Counted from the first letter of the whole stretch, positions 1-12,770 are shown. The stretch: 63,760 nucleotides of DNA, filler included, from Lenisia limosa (GCA_001655205.1; 5 parts of 5 records of this genome joined end to end with filler, not necessarily neighbours in it); one strand, 5' to 3'. A program made the numbers and translations. Notes: generated from the sequence alone by a model not told the origin.

Positions 1-49
1 GTGGTTCAGATCTAAAAAGATGAGATGTTTGCTAATTACCAGACAAGGA

Positions 50-470
50 AATCATGAACAAAATGCCCAGTCCAAAAAAGCAGGAATATAGCAGTTATTC
101 AAAGTGTGATCATCCATGGATAAAGATGCACATCAGGTCAGAAACTGCGCTTCAAGAAAGAAAAAAATGAGCTCACCAGTGACACTAACGATAGGAATAA
201 ACTCGGTCACAATTAACATTGAGAACAGTTCACCATACGAATGCAAGGTTGGAGAGTCCTAGATATATGAGAAACAATTATTCATGTGCCAAGTGGTAAG
301 TCACATTCAAACAAATTCTCGGGAATATAGCATACAAGTTTAACACCCCAGTCATTGATTGACTAAGACGCTGATGAAAGATGCATATTGAAAAAAAACA
401 GAACAAAAATAGACCAACCTGTCAAGTTTGGTTGACATGTTCATCATAATGACAAGGTAAAAAAGGAGAA
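50..470 (-). CDS. Fragment of a multi-exon, probably multi-pass membrane protein (runs off the left edge)
   Basis: Stitched minus-strand exons: LVIMMNMSTKLD / SINDWGVKLVCYIPENLFE / DSPTLHSYGELFSMLIVTEFIPIVSVT / ITAIFLLFWTGHFVHDFLV. Hydrophobic; start not located. Confidence 0.35.
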
Positions 471-766
471 AGAAGCAGAAAAGGGTTGAAACAGAAAAAA
501 AAAAAAATACTACAAAGGGGAATCTTCCAGTTCAGTTCAGTTCATTTGCGGATTTACCCTTTTAGCCTCACACCCCCAAATCTACCAAAAATCCCAAAAA
601 CCTGCCCATTCCCCCCCATCCCACCACACATATTGTTTAAATAGTTGTTTGATTAAATAACATCAAAAAAGTATATAAGCCACAGATCACAGAGTAACAA
701 GAAGTCGACACCTAAACTGAGCCAGAACTGAGCAGGCATTGTCATTTGATCATTATGATTTATTAT

Positions 767-3700
767 ATGTATCTCTCGCTTATCCTGGGACTTTTTCTGG
801 GAGCTGTTTGTGGTGCCTCACAATCAATGTATGTTATTAATGTTTTGTCACGGCTGATCAAGAGATTGACAGGCCCCTTGTTGTTTTCTTCGTTCCCTCA
901 TGGTTCAACAGATACACTTCAGATATATTATATTTTTAGAGTTGTTTCCCAGAGTGGTGCACAGATTGGGCTCTCAGAGCCCCAGGATGCAAACCATGCG
1001 GCCACATATGGAGGTAACAGGGTTAACGGGAGTTTATCTGTGTGTGTTTNNNNNNNNNNNNNNNNNNNNNNNNNNNNNNNNNNNNNNNNNNNNNNNNNNN
1101 NNNNNNNNNNNNNNNNNNNNNNNNNNNNNNNNNNNNNNNNNNNNNNNNNNNNNNNNNNNNNNNNNNNNNNNNNNNNNNNNNAGGTACTAATCACGGGAGG
1201 CAAACTTAGAGCTGCAATTCTGTGCAGTTCCCATCTTCGGCTGTACTTATTCTTCCCAATAGTTGTGCGTTGTTTGGCATCACCCCCCGTTTCGCCTGGA
1301 CTAACAGTTACCCTTGAAAACTTTCGCTTTATTAGCGATGGTACCCAGGCTGAAGTTGTGATTAATGGTTTGTTGAGGGTCTTATACCATTAGGCAGACT
1401 CACTCCCGTAGGAACTTGCGCTGAGGGTTATATCACACCATCTTCAAAGACCATGACATGCAGCTATTCAACTGGATGGGATGATGTGGCCCAATGCACC
1501 ATTGGTGAGCAAGCTATGACTCGTGTTTTTGTGCTATCTTGGATATCTATGACCAAATAGTGAAGTGCCCCGTTGATTTTGGAGAGACTTCCTCTAGCTC
1601 TTGCTCAGGTTAGTGACCGTTTGATTGTATTTACTCTAAAGGTGAATCTGACTTCAATACTGTCTGCACCTACACTTGCAGCGGGTCAGTAGTCCCACGT
1701 TCAAGGGTATTCGGGGGCTTTTTATTCTGTTCTTCATATGGTTAGTCATCCCACAGATTTGTCAATCAAGTGGAAGCTTCTCTGGTCACCCAGTCTGTAA
1801 ACAAGGTAATTATTCACATATCCCCCTCCCCGAATCACTAGTGACCGTGGTAAGTCTTGATCGATTTTCTGGGGGAAATCTAATTCATCTTGGTCAAGAA
1901 TTACCACTGTCACCTTATGTATGTAATAAGTGCCATTATGGAGCTTGCCCCATTTGTTTCAATCAATACTCATTGATCAGGAAGTATATCATTGTGTGGA
2001 AGTGATAGTGACGGACAACTCGGCAATCAGGTTTGCTTGTCGCTTTTTTCATTCAATTTGGCTTCATGTTTTCAGCATTCGTTTTTTCTCTCGTTTTTTT
2101 GACATATTAGACTTCAGATGTGTCAGTTCTTTATCCAGCCCAAACTCTGATTAACTCTGCAAACGGTTTCTCGGACTCGATTTCCATTATTCGACCGAGT
2201 GGAAGAAGTACTTGTGTGCTCACTGGTGGACAGAAAGTCATTTGCGTCGGCAACAACCAGCATGGGCAGGTCAAAGACAGCGAAGATTTGATAGTGACAA
2301 CTCCTGAGATGCGAATTGACTTTGACGTCATGTCTGAAATTGTAGTCGACTTTGTGGCATCTTCTGCATCTTATTCCGCTTTGCTTGGTCTGTGATACCT
2401 GACCTTTAAATTTATATTCAGATTCCGGACGTTTGTTCACATGGGGCTACAATGATCATCACCAACTTCTCAGAAGTGATAATCACAAAATTCCTTTAGA
2501 AGTTGGAAAAAACTGCATTTCTCACATTTAGGTCACTTTTCCTGACTCTCGACACGCAGTTCTTGTGAAATCATCATTTTTTGCTACTGTTGTAGTTTTA
2601 GGTATGCCGCCCCTTGTTCCCATTATTCTAACCTCTTTTCAGATAATGGTCAGTATTATGGAGCGGGGTATAATGATAGAGGAGCTATTGTCAGCCCAAC
2701 TGGTGCAATGTCCGGGCCTCAAATACTTGACTTCAGCTTGCCATTGGAAGAAGTCGGTTTAGCTTGTCTTTTTCTGAGCCTCAAGCTTTCGTATTAACTC
2801 ATTAGACGAGTCCAATGAAGGGATACTATCCTGGATATAGTGCAAGCCTTTTGCTTACTGGTAAGTTGTTCTTGGCGATATTGACTATATAGAGTCGGGA
2901 AATGTATACGTCAAGGGCACAACGCAAGCATCAGCGTGTGGAACTGCATCAGGTTTAACTTTCACCAAGGTATTTATTTATCAGCCCTGAATTGTTATTT
3001 TTCTGTTTTTTACACAGCTCTTTTTCACTTCCCTAAACAGAATCATGCATCACTCCAAGGAAACGTTGAAATGTTCTCATGCACTTACACGTCTTGCCTC
3101 TTTTTCCTGAGTAAGTCACATACAGATTGGTTTATTTTTCAGAAAATGGAGACATTCACATGTGCTCAGCCCGTAACGACAATATTCCTGGCCATGCATC
3201 CTCATCATCTACTCCAGTATGTTGTTCGAATGCTAAAATTGACTGAGTACCAGATCGACATCACAACTGCGGCTAATGCAAACTGCCTTCCTGGTAAAAC
3301 TGTCACTAAGATTGAAAGCTCTTATGACATCACCCATTTCCTTTGGGGAGGTTGGAGGGGTGGGGCACAATTAGAATGGGTTACCTCAAGCGTAAGAAAA
3401 TTCTAACTTTTTTTCAACTCTCGCTGAAATCACTCCACCCAATTCTGAACCTTTTGTTTTTTCAAAAAAGGGCCTCAAAAAGTTGAAAAATTGAGGAAGA
3501 ATAGGGGGACCTATTGAAAATGTCCAAAAGCTTCAAGAATGTTTGAAAAAATGGCAAAAAAAAAATCCCTTATACTCGAGTCTCAATACTGTAACTAATC
3601 TTTTAGAATGTAATCCTAATAAGGTGTTCGGCATCTGCCCTGGCCAATACCCCTATGGTGTTTGTTCGGATGATTCAACCCCGATTTCGAACTCAGTAGG

Positions 3701-3816
3701 GTGGTAGATTGCTACGGGTGAAAACACTAACAAAACAGGTAGTTACCGTCTTTGATTCTGACACTCCAATTCTGGACATTCAAGGAGGGTTCAGCCATGC
3801 TGCTATAATGACATAG
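767..3816 (+). CDS. Secreted protein with Sushi/CCP-like modules followed by RCC1/BLIP-II-like repeats (multi-exon, one internal gap)
   Basis: Signal peptide MYLSLILGLFLGAVCGASQS. CCP-like exons GTCAEGYITPSSKTMTCSYSTGWDDVAQC and VCTYTCSG..ICQSSGSFSGHPVC. RCC1-like exons SLCGSDSDGQLG, VICVGNNQHGQ, SGRLFTWGYNDHHQ, NGQYYGAGYNDRG. Ends GGFSHAAIMT-TAG at 3816. Confidence 0.75.
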
Positions 3817-3982
3817 ACTTGTTATAAATATTTTGTACTTGTATATTGTTATATATGATATACTATATCATATGATAATGATCTTCTTTTTTTTTTGTTT
3901 TTTTAATTGTATCTCCCCGATGTTCTTGTCAAAATGATATTATTAAAAGATACAAAGGTCTATACTACACGAATTGGCGTAT

Positions 3983-6228
3983 TTATACATAAATGAGGCT
4001 TCCAGGAGAAAGAGGCCCTTCAAATCTTAGCTGCGGGTGAGGATCATGAGTGGTTGTGTCGAAGCCAAGACCTGTGTGAACAGTGGGGCCCAAAGTTTCT
4101 TCAGTACCACAATCGGGCGTCTGTTGGACATTAGAGTATGTTACAGCAACCAACAGCCCTACCAATAAATGGGAAACCGCAACAACGCCCTGTTTTGTTA
4201 TGTATGACCATCCTAATGCATAAGGGGAAGTTTGTAAAAATGCATGAAACAAAAAGCAAAATAATAACACAAGACCAAACCTGTGTTTTGGATCAGAACA
4301 GGAATCACAGTGGCATTATGAATTGGAAGGAAGTAAGACCTGTAGATCTGTAGAATTAGAAAAAGCAATCATTAAAACAAACTTCAACTGATTGGTGAAG
4401 ACCAAAAACATTGATAACTGGAGAGGATCCAAGAATTCGAATATTGTCAAGCTTCAAGCTGGAAAAAGGCTCACTGAAAATGAGGGGAAACATTCAAGAG
4501 GACCTTACAAAGAATTAAACATTGCCATTGAATAGCCAGAGCGGGAAAGTACTAGTTGATTAAACGGAGAGGAATAGATGTAAGCCTACACTCAATTTTA
4601 GCCTCTTCAACAAGGCAGAGTTTATAAAGAATAAGGGACGCGTATTTTTTTAAGGAAACAATTGTTGGAGACTGATAGCCTTCCGCCTGAAATTAGAACT
4701 TTCACAAACTTCGTCCGTGGCCTTCAAGGTGACTTTAGAAGACGGCATTCCAACCAGTGAGACACATGAGGAAGAGTGAACCTAAAAGATTATGACTGTC
4801 AGGGCCTGTCCAAGATGAGGACTGCCAGGGCCTGTATTACAACAGGCTTACGTAAAGATCAGTCGACGGCGGAACAACTAATCTGGTTTTCCAAAACCAA
4901 TTCATAGAACATCCAAGCTCAACCTGAAAACTATAAGCAAGATGTAGGGATGATAGTGGGGGCGGGGGGGTATTGATGGTATTTATCCACAAACCGTAAT
5001 TGTCTTCTGAAAACTTGAAGCGACTAAATAGGATAACAATTACTTTTTTAAAAACACAAATTATATCAGATATACATAAGTATAGTGATAGTACATGATT
5101 AATTTCGAATATTGCTCAACAATGTATTACTTGTATATGAGGTATTTTAATCCATATCCACGAGTGATATGATCATACGACCAATTTTTGACCTTCTTTT
5201 GATAAAAGCATGTAGGATTACGCATGGGTTGGAATTATTTTTCGAAGAAATTGGATAACTCTTTCTCAGTCTTGTGTTGAATGTTAATTAGATAGATAAA
5301 TAAGTATAAAGCTATTGTACATGGGAATCCGTGTCTAAAAAGTCTAAAGTATAGCTAGACGTAAGACGTAGGATTTACACCATTTCCTACGTACTTCTCC
5401 AAAAGTTGTCAGTTCTTTATAAATGCTGTTAAGCGAGGTTCTGAGAAGAAAATCGTGTATTTACATAAACACTCTATGAGTTACTAGAGGAGATCTAGGG
5501 GTGACAACCTGTCTTTTCAGTATGCAATAAGGTGTTAAAGAGAGCAAAGAGAGAGAGAAAAAAAGATGCCTTAAAGAGTCGCTCTGACACCAATCAAGTT
5601 AAATAGGTGTTCTGAAGAGTGAGCCAAGAAAGCTGCCAAAATGGGTGGAAAACAAACTTTTCTCATCAGAAAAGCCTCTCTTCTTCCTCTTCCTTCCCTG
5701 ACTTATGTATCATATTGATTTTTTGTAAATATTGGCACTGCAAAAGACAGGTTGTCCGCCTAGATCTCCTATACTACCCCATGCTTCCGTCCAGTCTTAC
5801 TGATATCATTGAGAAGTTGACCAACATCAGTTCCATCTTTGGAAGGATCAATTGTCACAACTAACCGTGAATCGGGGTTCAAACAATGGCCAACATCCTT
5901 CCCTAAATTGTATGATTATTTACAAGATGAGACCAAGATGACAAAGCTTCTGCCACCTGCTCCCACCATCCAGCGTTAAGGAAGTCAGCTCCGCTAGAAG
6001 GAGGTTAACTCAAGAGCAAAAAAAAAAGGAGGGGTACCTGAATTTGAAAGAATTGTAGACGCAGTGATATCCGTCGAAGTCAGCTGGTCGATGGATGCAA
6101 ACTTTGAATAATCTAAGTTGGTGAATGACAAAATAACAGGTCAAAAACCAACATTCGCCAGAGTTGTTTACGATAAAAGAGCTTCCAAGAAAGAAAAGTA
6201 AAGCAATAGTCGCAAACACTTTCAGCAT
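3983..6228 (-). CDS. Uncharacterised secreted protein (multi-exon; the ~0.85 kb intron holds two repeat elements)
   Basis: Signal peptide MLKVFATIALLFFLGSSFIVNNS; exons chain in frame (..KTGRKHG / VELGCSMNWFWKTRLVVPPSTDLY / VHSSSCVSLVG..). No family recognised. Confidence 0.5.
5212..5415 (+). repeat. Dispersed repeat family B, copy 1 (others about 6815-6866 minus, 10762-11037 minus, 41309-41390 plus)
   Basis: Shared GTAGGATTACG start; GGATAACTCTTTCTCAGTC identical at 5253-5271 and, inverted, at 10974-10992; shared 3' CCATTT(C/A)CTACGT(A/G)CTTCTCC. Confidence 0.7.
5487..5771. mobile_element. MITE-like element with about 35-bp TIRs, flanked by TA
   Basis: Left GAGGAGATCTAGGGGTGACAACCTGTCTTTTCAGT; reverse complement of right end TAGGAGATCTAGGCGGACAACCTGTCTTTTGCAGT; TA at 5485-86 and 5772-73. 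Confidence 0.7.
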
Positions 6229-6398
6229 TTTGTTAGATGATTGTATAACTGTTGTTGTAAGATTGTATGATATCTGCCTAAAATGAGGGCAAAGCCAACA
6301 ACAAAATTCGCACATAAAAATTGGCCCGGTCTGATGTACCACCAATTCCACGATTTCTCATTGACCTTCTTCTTTTCTCAGTCACTTCTCAGTACTCA

Positions 6399-6404
6399 CA
6401 CGTG
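6399..6404. promoter_or_regulatory. Candidate E-box (CACGTG) in the divergent promoter upstream of TMA16
   Basis: CACGTG about 90 nt before the ATG, plus CACATG at 6481-6486. A 6-mer can occur by chance. Confidence 0.3.
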
Positions 6405-6490
6405 ACTCACAAATTCGTAACTAAACTGTTTTTTTGCTGTTTAGTTGCACCTAAGTCACCCCCCCCCCTTAGTTCACCACCACATGTATC

Positions 6491-7655
6491 ATGGTTGGAG
6501 GACATATATCCGGTCTTTATTACATATCAGGTGAGGAAAGCTAAAACCACTGCCGCAGCCACGAAACAAGCGAAGAAAGTCACCGAAGTTATACACCCGC
6601 ACAGCCGAAAAGCTACTCAGCTGACCAGAAAGGTGGCTTTTTGTTACTTCTGATCTTTTTTTTTTCTTGTTTTTTTAGATTAAACGTGCGGTCAAAAAGA
6701 CTGTCATACGTTCAAAGAATGATGAGAAGAAAAGACCACTAGGTATGTTTTCGATTTGGGCCGGAGCTGTGTGGTCATTGTAATACATATAGTTGGGTGA
6801 AGTAATAGTAAACATAATCGTTATTCTTATTGTTGTTTCTTCTAAAAACGACTGCGTAATCCTCGACTTTCCTTTGCTATATTATATATATCATCTACAA
6901 TATCTTTAGTAAAATCATCAATTGTTGATTTTTCAAAACCAGTTCAAAAGTTGTGGAGAATAATGACTAGCTGGCAAATATTGACTTTCATTTGCTATTA
7001 CTTAGTCTTATTGAGCATTGTTTTCACCAAAATATTCAAGTCGAACGGTGCCAATGGTTCAAGGACGATCTCAAGGATACAAAAGAAGTGTGTATCTCAG
7101 AAGGAATGGTGAGCAATCTTTATTTGTTTGTTCTAATGCCAGGCCAACTCTACTTGCACCCTTTAATAAGTATCAGGTTGCAGAAATGACAGTGCGATTC
7201 CTGGAGAGGAACAGAGAGAGTTACGATGCTGCTCTCGCTGCTAATTCTGCTCGAGGTATTATGTTTCTTTGCACACTGTCCAGAAACGTCGGTTCTCAAT
7301 GTTGCCTTAGAAATTTTTTTTATTTTTTTTCTTCTTTGAATGTTCAACCCACCTAGTCCAATAACTTGTTGCAACGCAATAATTCTACAGGTGGACAACG
7401 ACCGAAAGCTGCGCAGGAGGAAGCTCTGCGGTCTGTCATCGAAGCGGAGAAGCACCTCATAGAGTCTGGCATGGAGATTCCTGATGTCATGGCTAAAAAG
7501 GGGCTCAAAGATCTCCTGTATGGAAGGAAGAGTGGTCTTCAAGCTGAGTCTTTAGTCCTATTGCATTATTCAGTTAACACTGTAGCGCCTGGGATGGCTC
7601 ATATGACAGCATGCCGTCTTTGCCAAAGTTCACAGTACGCCCTTTTTCTGGATAA
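6491..7655 (+). CDS. TMA16: Translation machinery-associated protein 16 (60S biogenesis factor)
   Basis: ATG-only first exon, then VIHPHSRKATQLTRK, ERCQWFKDDL, HLIESGMEIPDV and AWDGSYDSMPSL..-TAA. These match the TMA16 motifs VIHPYSRKA, QWF, GLEIPD and WD. Confidence 0.85.
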
Positions 7656-7998
7656 TATTATCTATGTGCCTCAAGACAATATCGTTTATTTTCAAATTCA
7701 TGTTTCCATTTATGACACCCCATCGAACTGAACAGAGTGCGCTTCTCCTCAGCAATCACTGGGTCTCATAGACAAAGGGATTTCTCCACTTGAGACCTTG
7801 TCCTACTATTGAGCCACTTATAATCCGTTCTCCCTTTCGAGGACGTTATCAATATTTACGATAATATTATTCTATAAAGCCTTTGATTTCTGCAATTCTA
7901 AATCTCTGGCATCTCTTGAATCTGTGGCACAAGATGGACTAAGGAGGGCATTATGCAGGGGCTTTTATCCTTATTCATGACTCTAATATTTGTAGGTA

Positions 7999-8228
7999 TG
8001 CTGGGGAGGCACGCAGAAAGCTGTGTGCACAGAGCTGTAAGGCAAATGATTGGGTGAATTAATATCTAATATCTCTTAAACGTGATGGTGTGGACAGCTT
8101 CGGTCAGAAAATAGCAGTTCTCATCTCTCCAAGATGTAGCATATGATACAATTTATATAAATACTATGTATCCTTCATTGTTTTTTCTTCTTTTCTGTTT
8201 TTTACACGCATACCAACTGCTTCCCCAG
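7999..8228. repeat. Dispersed repeat family C, copy 1 (other pieces 22837-22860, 26771-26895)
   Basis: TGCTGGGGAGGCACGCA(G/C)AAAGCTGTGTGCACAG and AAACGTGATGGTGTG shared with 26771; GGTGTGGAC(A/G)GCTTCGG(T/C)CAGA shared with 22837. Confidence 0.7.
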
Positions 8229-8497
8229 ACAGTTTTTATTTATTTGCTTCAGTATCTCATTTTTTATAGATCAACCAAAAGTTTATTACCAAGCATACCC
8301 AGTAGTTTTGCTTTTGAAAGTATGGTTTCCAGTTTAAGGTAGATATAGTATACCAAATTGCAGAGTGCTAATGATAACTGCCGGCGTAAAGTGCTTTTCA
8401 TGAATTCGTATGACATCCTGCAGAAGTTCCTACCAGGCTTGTCAAAGGCCTGTATTGGCTCAAGGGGATGCTAGGCGGCCACAACACATTTAAATAA

Positions 8498-8587
8498 TTA
8501 CCCCAGGGTGAGGGTGGGGGCGATGAGATGTACCCCAGGGTGAGGGTCGGGGCGATGAGATGTATCAGGTGGGGGCGATGAGATGTA
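8498..8587 (+). repeat. Minisatellite, about 32-bp unit x2 plus a partial copy
   Basis: TACCCCAGGGTGAGGGT(G/C)GGGGCGATGAGATG repeated. Confidence 0.85.
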
Positions 8588-8646
8588 AATATTTCTGAAC
8601 CATTGGGTTGTTTGAGTTTCGTTTGAGTTCCACTTAACCCCCCCTT

Positions 8647-8734
8647 CATGGGAAAGTGGGTAAGTAGATAGATAGTATAAACTGATAAACTAATATAAAT
8701 ATAACCTATTCTACTACTTACCCATTGACCCATG
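8647..8734. repeat. Imperfect inverted repeat, foldback or MITE-like
   Basis: ATGGGAAAGTGGGTAAGTAGATAGATA versus reverse complement ATGGGTCAATGGGTAAGTAGTAGAATA. Confidence 0.5.
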
Positions 8735-9019
8735 TCAAGACTGGGAGACCCATTGGGACAACGAATGGGCAGGCCGGGGTTTTTTAAAAAACCAAACTCT
8801 TTCTTCCCTTTCTGAACTTCTGAACTGCCAAAAACCGGCAAAACTGCAAAACACGAACCCCCCCCCCANNNNNNNNNNNNNNNNNNNNNNNNNNNNNNNN
8901 NNNNNNNNNNNNNNNNNNNNNNNNNNNNNNNNNNNNNNNNNNNNNNNNNNNNNNNNNNNNNNNNNNNNNCAGCGTCTTCCACATTTCCCATACCTTCCCC
9001 CCTTTCATCGGCGGCACGT

Positions 9020-10510
9020 ATGTTTGGCCCTCATACTTGGGCCTGTAGAAATGATATTCAAAGCTTGAGGTAGGGTGGAGGCAGGAGATTCGCAGTTATG
9101 AGCATTGCCATATGACAAATTCAGTATCCACAAAGGGAAGTATGATGTCAACGAGGTAGACAATGATGGGGTTTGTGTGGCTGTTTGCATTTCACTCTGA
9201 CAATGCTTTTGTAAATTGTGTATTTAGGGCTGATTTATTTCGTTCATTCAAATTTATTTTGATTTTATCTCTTTATTATGACAGTACACTCCGTTGCATT
9301 TAGCATGTGTAATCGGTGCTGTTCGAGCTGCAATGATGCTTTTGGAATTTGGAGCCGACTTTTCTTTAAAAACGGTTTTGTTATCTTCTCTTTTTTTCAC
9401 CTTCTTAAGAAGTTTGGAGATAATGCTCTTTCCTTATGCTCGCAACATCCTTCTTGTACAATGGTTGCAAGGTAATATTGGTAAAGACACTCCTCTGGAT
9501 TCCATTTTGCTACTTTTCACTGTTATTTCAACACCTAAGAAAACTCTTTGATTAATGAACTCAAAAGCAACATTGTATTGCTTTATGAGAGTATGATGCT
9601 GTAAAACAATGGGTTTTCTTGCTCAGCTTCCCTTCTTTTTCTCATCAGGATTAGGGAGATTATTGCACGTGGTGGTACCTTGAATCGGGATGAGACAGGG
9701 GAGAAGGCTCTTCTCTATGCTTCTATGTTAGGAGATACAATGGACCCTGTTCTTCATGCTTTACTTTGTCATCGCAAAGATGTCAGAAATACGGAGGCGA
9801 AGTCTAAAAGCTATTATGAATGGCGATTATATGACGTAGGAGGAATGTTGTTTTTACTGTCTCAGCAATTCAGCCCGGAAGCTCTTCGCAAAGATTGTTC
9901 TTTTCTTGGACTTAGTATGCTTGTAGATGCCAACTCTGAAGTCAAGCCGATCAGATTCGCTTCACAAGTACAGTCTAAAATTCATCCCCTTTCTTTTTTT
10001 GTTTATTCTCACTTGAGAAATAAACAAGGCATCGGACTTGTTATAGCTTCGTTAGCAAGAGCTGAGCAAAGGAATCTGTCAAAAGGTGAGGAGGTACATT
10101 GACTATACATATGATATCTAGTTATAATCATTGCATATTGAGCTTTAAGGAATAAATATTATGCTTCTGATTGAAAGCCTTCCCTGATGTCACGCTATTT
10201 TTAGGCGGTACCCCATTCCCTTTTGGAATTGAAGTGCAAAAGACTGATATTGAAGTTTCATCTGCTCCTCTGCCTCAGTATGTCAAGAATGCTATTGCCA
10301 AGAGAAGAGCTTTTTCAATTTCGTAAGTCAGAAGTCCTTTAATTCTCTCAGATTGAAGAACATTAAATCACGCCAATTTCTTGCCCAAATATTGAGCTTG
10401 ATACCAGCATGCTCTAATCCAATTCAACTCCCGCCTCGTCCCATTAAATCTGCCTATTTGGGAAAAGATGATGAATGCAATCCCTTTCCGTATCTACCCA
10501 AGAAAACAAT
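9020..10510 (+). CDS. Ankyrin-repeat protein (start and end uncertain)
   Basis: KYDVNEVDNDG / YTPLHLACVIGAVRAAMMLLEFGADFSLKT / KFGDNALSLCSQH / GEKALLYASMLGD joined across GT-AG introns. Confidence 0.75.
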
Positions 10511-11199
10511 GTAAGCTCTTAATATTATTCTGACATTATATGCGATAACTACAACTTTGCTATTTTGAATGTATGTTGATATTATTATCAGAACCTTGCT
10601 TTACGTATTTGTAATAAAGAGCTGCAATTTTGTGATATGTACATGCTATTAATTATTGAGGAAATTTATTGAGGATATTTGAAAATAAAGTGCCAAAAAA
10701 GTTCTAGTTACAAATCAACATTATTTTGTCAATTAATTGCATGGAGCCCCAAATAAATACTAGAACTGATTAGCGCTGCTGGAAAATACTGGAGAAGCAC
10801 GTAGTAAATGGTAAAACTTACATCAAAAGAATTTTTGGACGCGGAATCTAATCCAAAGATTTAATATACTAGTATTCATATTATATAGTATTATACTATA
10901 CAGTATTTTTATTGAGATATATGTATATGATAGCTATAATATCTATTTACGATAAAACCCAGTCTTCAACAAGGACTGAGAAAGAGTTATCCCATGAAAA
11001 TTCCAAGTTGTAATACATGAATACTACGTAATCCTACTTGTTTGCCTAAACACTCTTATTGCGCGAACATTATTTACATATTACCAACATTGAGTTTTAT
11101 CGCAGTTTCATGATCTTTTTTTGACCGCACTTAATTGTGAAGAATATTTCTTCTTTCGCAAGATTTTCAAAGGGTTGTGAAATATTTCTGTTTGTGATT

Positions 11200-11932
11200 T
11201 TGTTTAGCTCAAACAAAAGAAAAAAAGAAAACGGTGGTGTTTGTGTTGCGATTAACCAAGAACCAAGAGGTTTGTTGTTTAAACAACCCTTTTCATCCAG
11301 CTCCAGCGAAAGATCTATCAGTTTTTTGTCCTGCCCCGTGTAAACAAATGAAAGAAATTCCTTCTCTTGAAGATTATGCTGCACAACAAGTCATGGAAGG
11401 CAGTAAATCTTCAAGTTTGTCTCGCATTTCTTGTTTTTAGCAAGATTAATTAGTGATCATCAATATTCAAACATGATGATTTTGTAAAAAGCCTTTTTTT
11501 CTCTCCCGATGGGCTTCATGTCTAGTTGAAATGGTAATGGTGTAGCTTCAGCGCGAATGAAACTTGTCAAAGCTGGGGTTTCTTTAGTATGTCGAAGATC
11601 AATCTTCTCAAAGGTAATTCATTCTGAAATTTATCAACGTAGACAACGTTGTGTGCATGTTGTGAAGCAATTGAGGTCAATCGCCCATGGGCTTATAGAG
11701 TTACAGAAATTCAAGTAGGGCCTATCTAATTTATCCTTCTAGAATGAAGGTGTGACATTAGAACCAGTTTGTTGTAAATGCTGTCATGGTTACTGTGTAA
11801 GTTACACAGCAGTTAACAGATTAGATTGTGAAACACAAAGGACATGGTAATTTTGAGACTGTTGTTCGTCTAGGCTGTTGTCCTTGCAGAGGACCCGAAC
11901 ACCCAGCATTGCCACTTACTTCTGACATTTGA
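11200..11932 (+). CDS. Small Cys-rich protein, or C-terminal exons of the ankyrin gene
   Basis: Exons TTLCACCEAIEVNRPWAYRVTEIQ / NEGVTLEPVCCKCCHGYC / GCCPCRGPEHPALPLTSDI-TGA. Confidence 0.4.
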
Positions 11933-12086
11933 ACGACACCCATACCAAACAAAGCATCACTTTGGGAATTAAGAGAATGTGATACCAACAATTTTATTGA
12001 CTTTTTTTTTTAGTTTACTATATTGTAGGATGTTATTGTTATTCCCACTTTTTTTTGACTATTTGTATGAATGTAATGATCTGTAT

Positions 12087-12770
12087 TCAAACTATCATTT
12101 CAAATAAAATGGCTGTTATCCAATAAGAATAGTAGATTGTCAATGAGAATATTGAAAGAAGAACAATGTCTAAAAAGATAATTTGAATGGTAACATACCA
12201 ACAGATGCCATTTCCCACCACTCCAAAGAATATGTTCCAGTGTGAAGTCGATATTGAAGGTACTTTGTGCTGATGTATTCCTTCATTGATGGTTCCTTCA
12301 AGATCATTATTGAACAAGAACAACATATGAATAGTATTTTTTAAAAAAAACCATAATTATATATATAAAAAAAACTGCTGACTTGACTGTTCTTTTTACT
12401 GTCAATTGACGCGAGTCTTCTTTGGTGGGTGAAGGAAGGAGCTGCAATAACTTATTTATTCTATCGTTTTATTGAATTTTATCCAGTATGCTAACCGAGG
12501 AGGATACTAACAGTGCTTGCAAATCGTTGAATCAAGGTGAATAGAATTGGAATCGGCTGGACTGAAGCGAAGGTGTCAAAGATTTTTAATGTGTGTTGGG
12601 GAGGCCTGGGAGAGGCGAATCTATAATAGAAGGGTAGGAGTAGGTGAAAGTAGGTGGGGGGTATCGCTTCAAACAAGGTCCTGTGTCGTATCGTCTCTTG
12701 GGCAAGTCTAGGGCGAGAGAAGGAGGAAGCGCAGCACGCCCCACAATGGGGCAAAGTAATAATTTGGTTG
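12087..12770 (-). CDS. Possible small membrane-protein gene
   Basis: Exon-like minus-strand segments with splice signals (RFASPRPPQHTLKIFDTF..) and a hydrophobic tail; no family recognised. Confidence 0.25.

Noticed and set aside
8498-8587. Short direct repeats as a possible CRISPR array (also 51723, 58713)
   Set aside because: Head-to-tail units with no unique spacers, eukaryotic context and no cas genes.
8990-9190. Minus-strand exon-like reads (PKYEGQTYVPPMKGGK)
   Set aside because: The plus strand gives KYDVNEVDNDG, which splices into the ankyrin motif YTPLHLAC.
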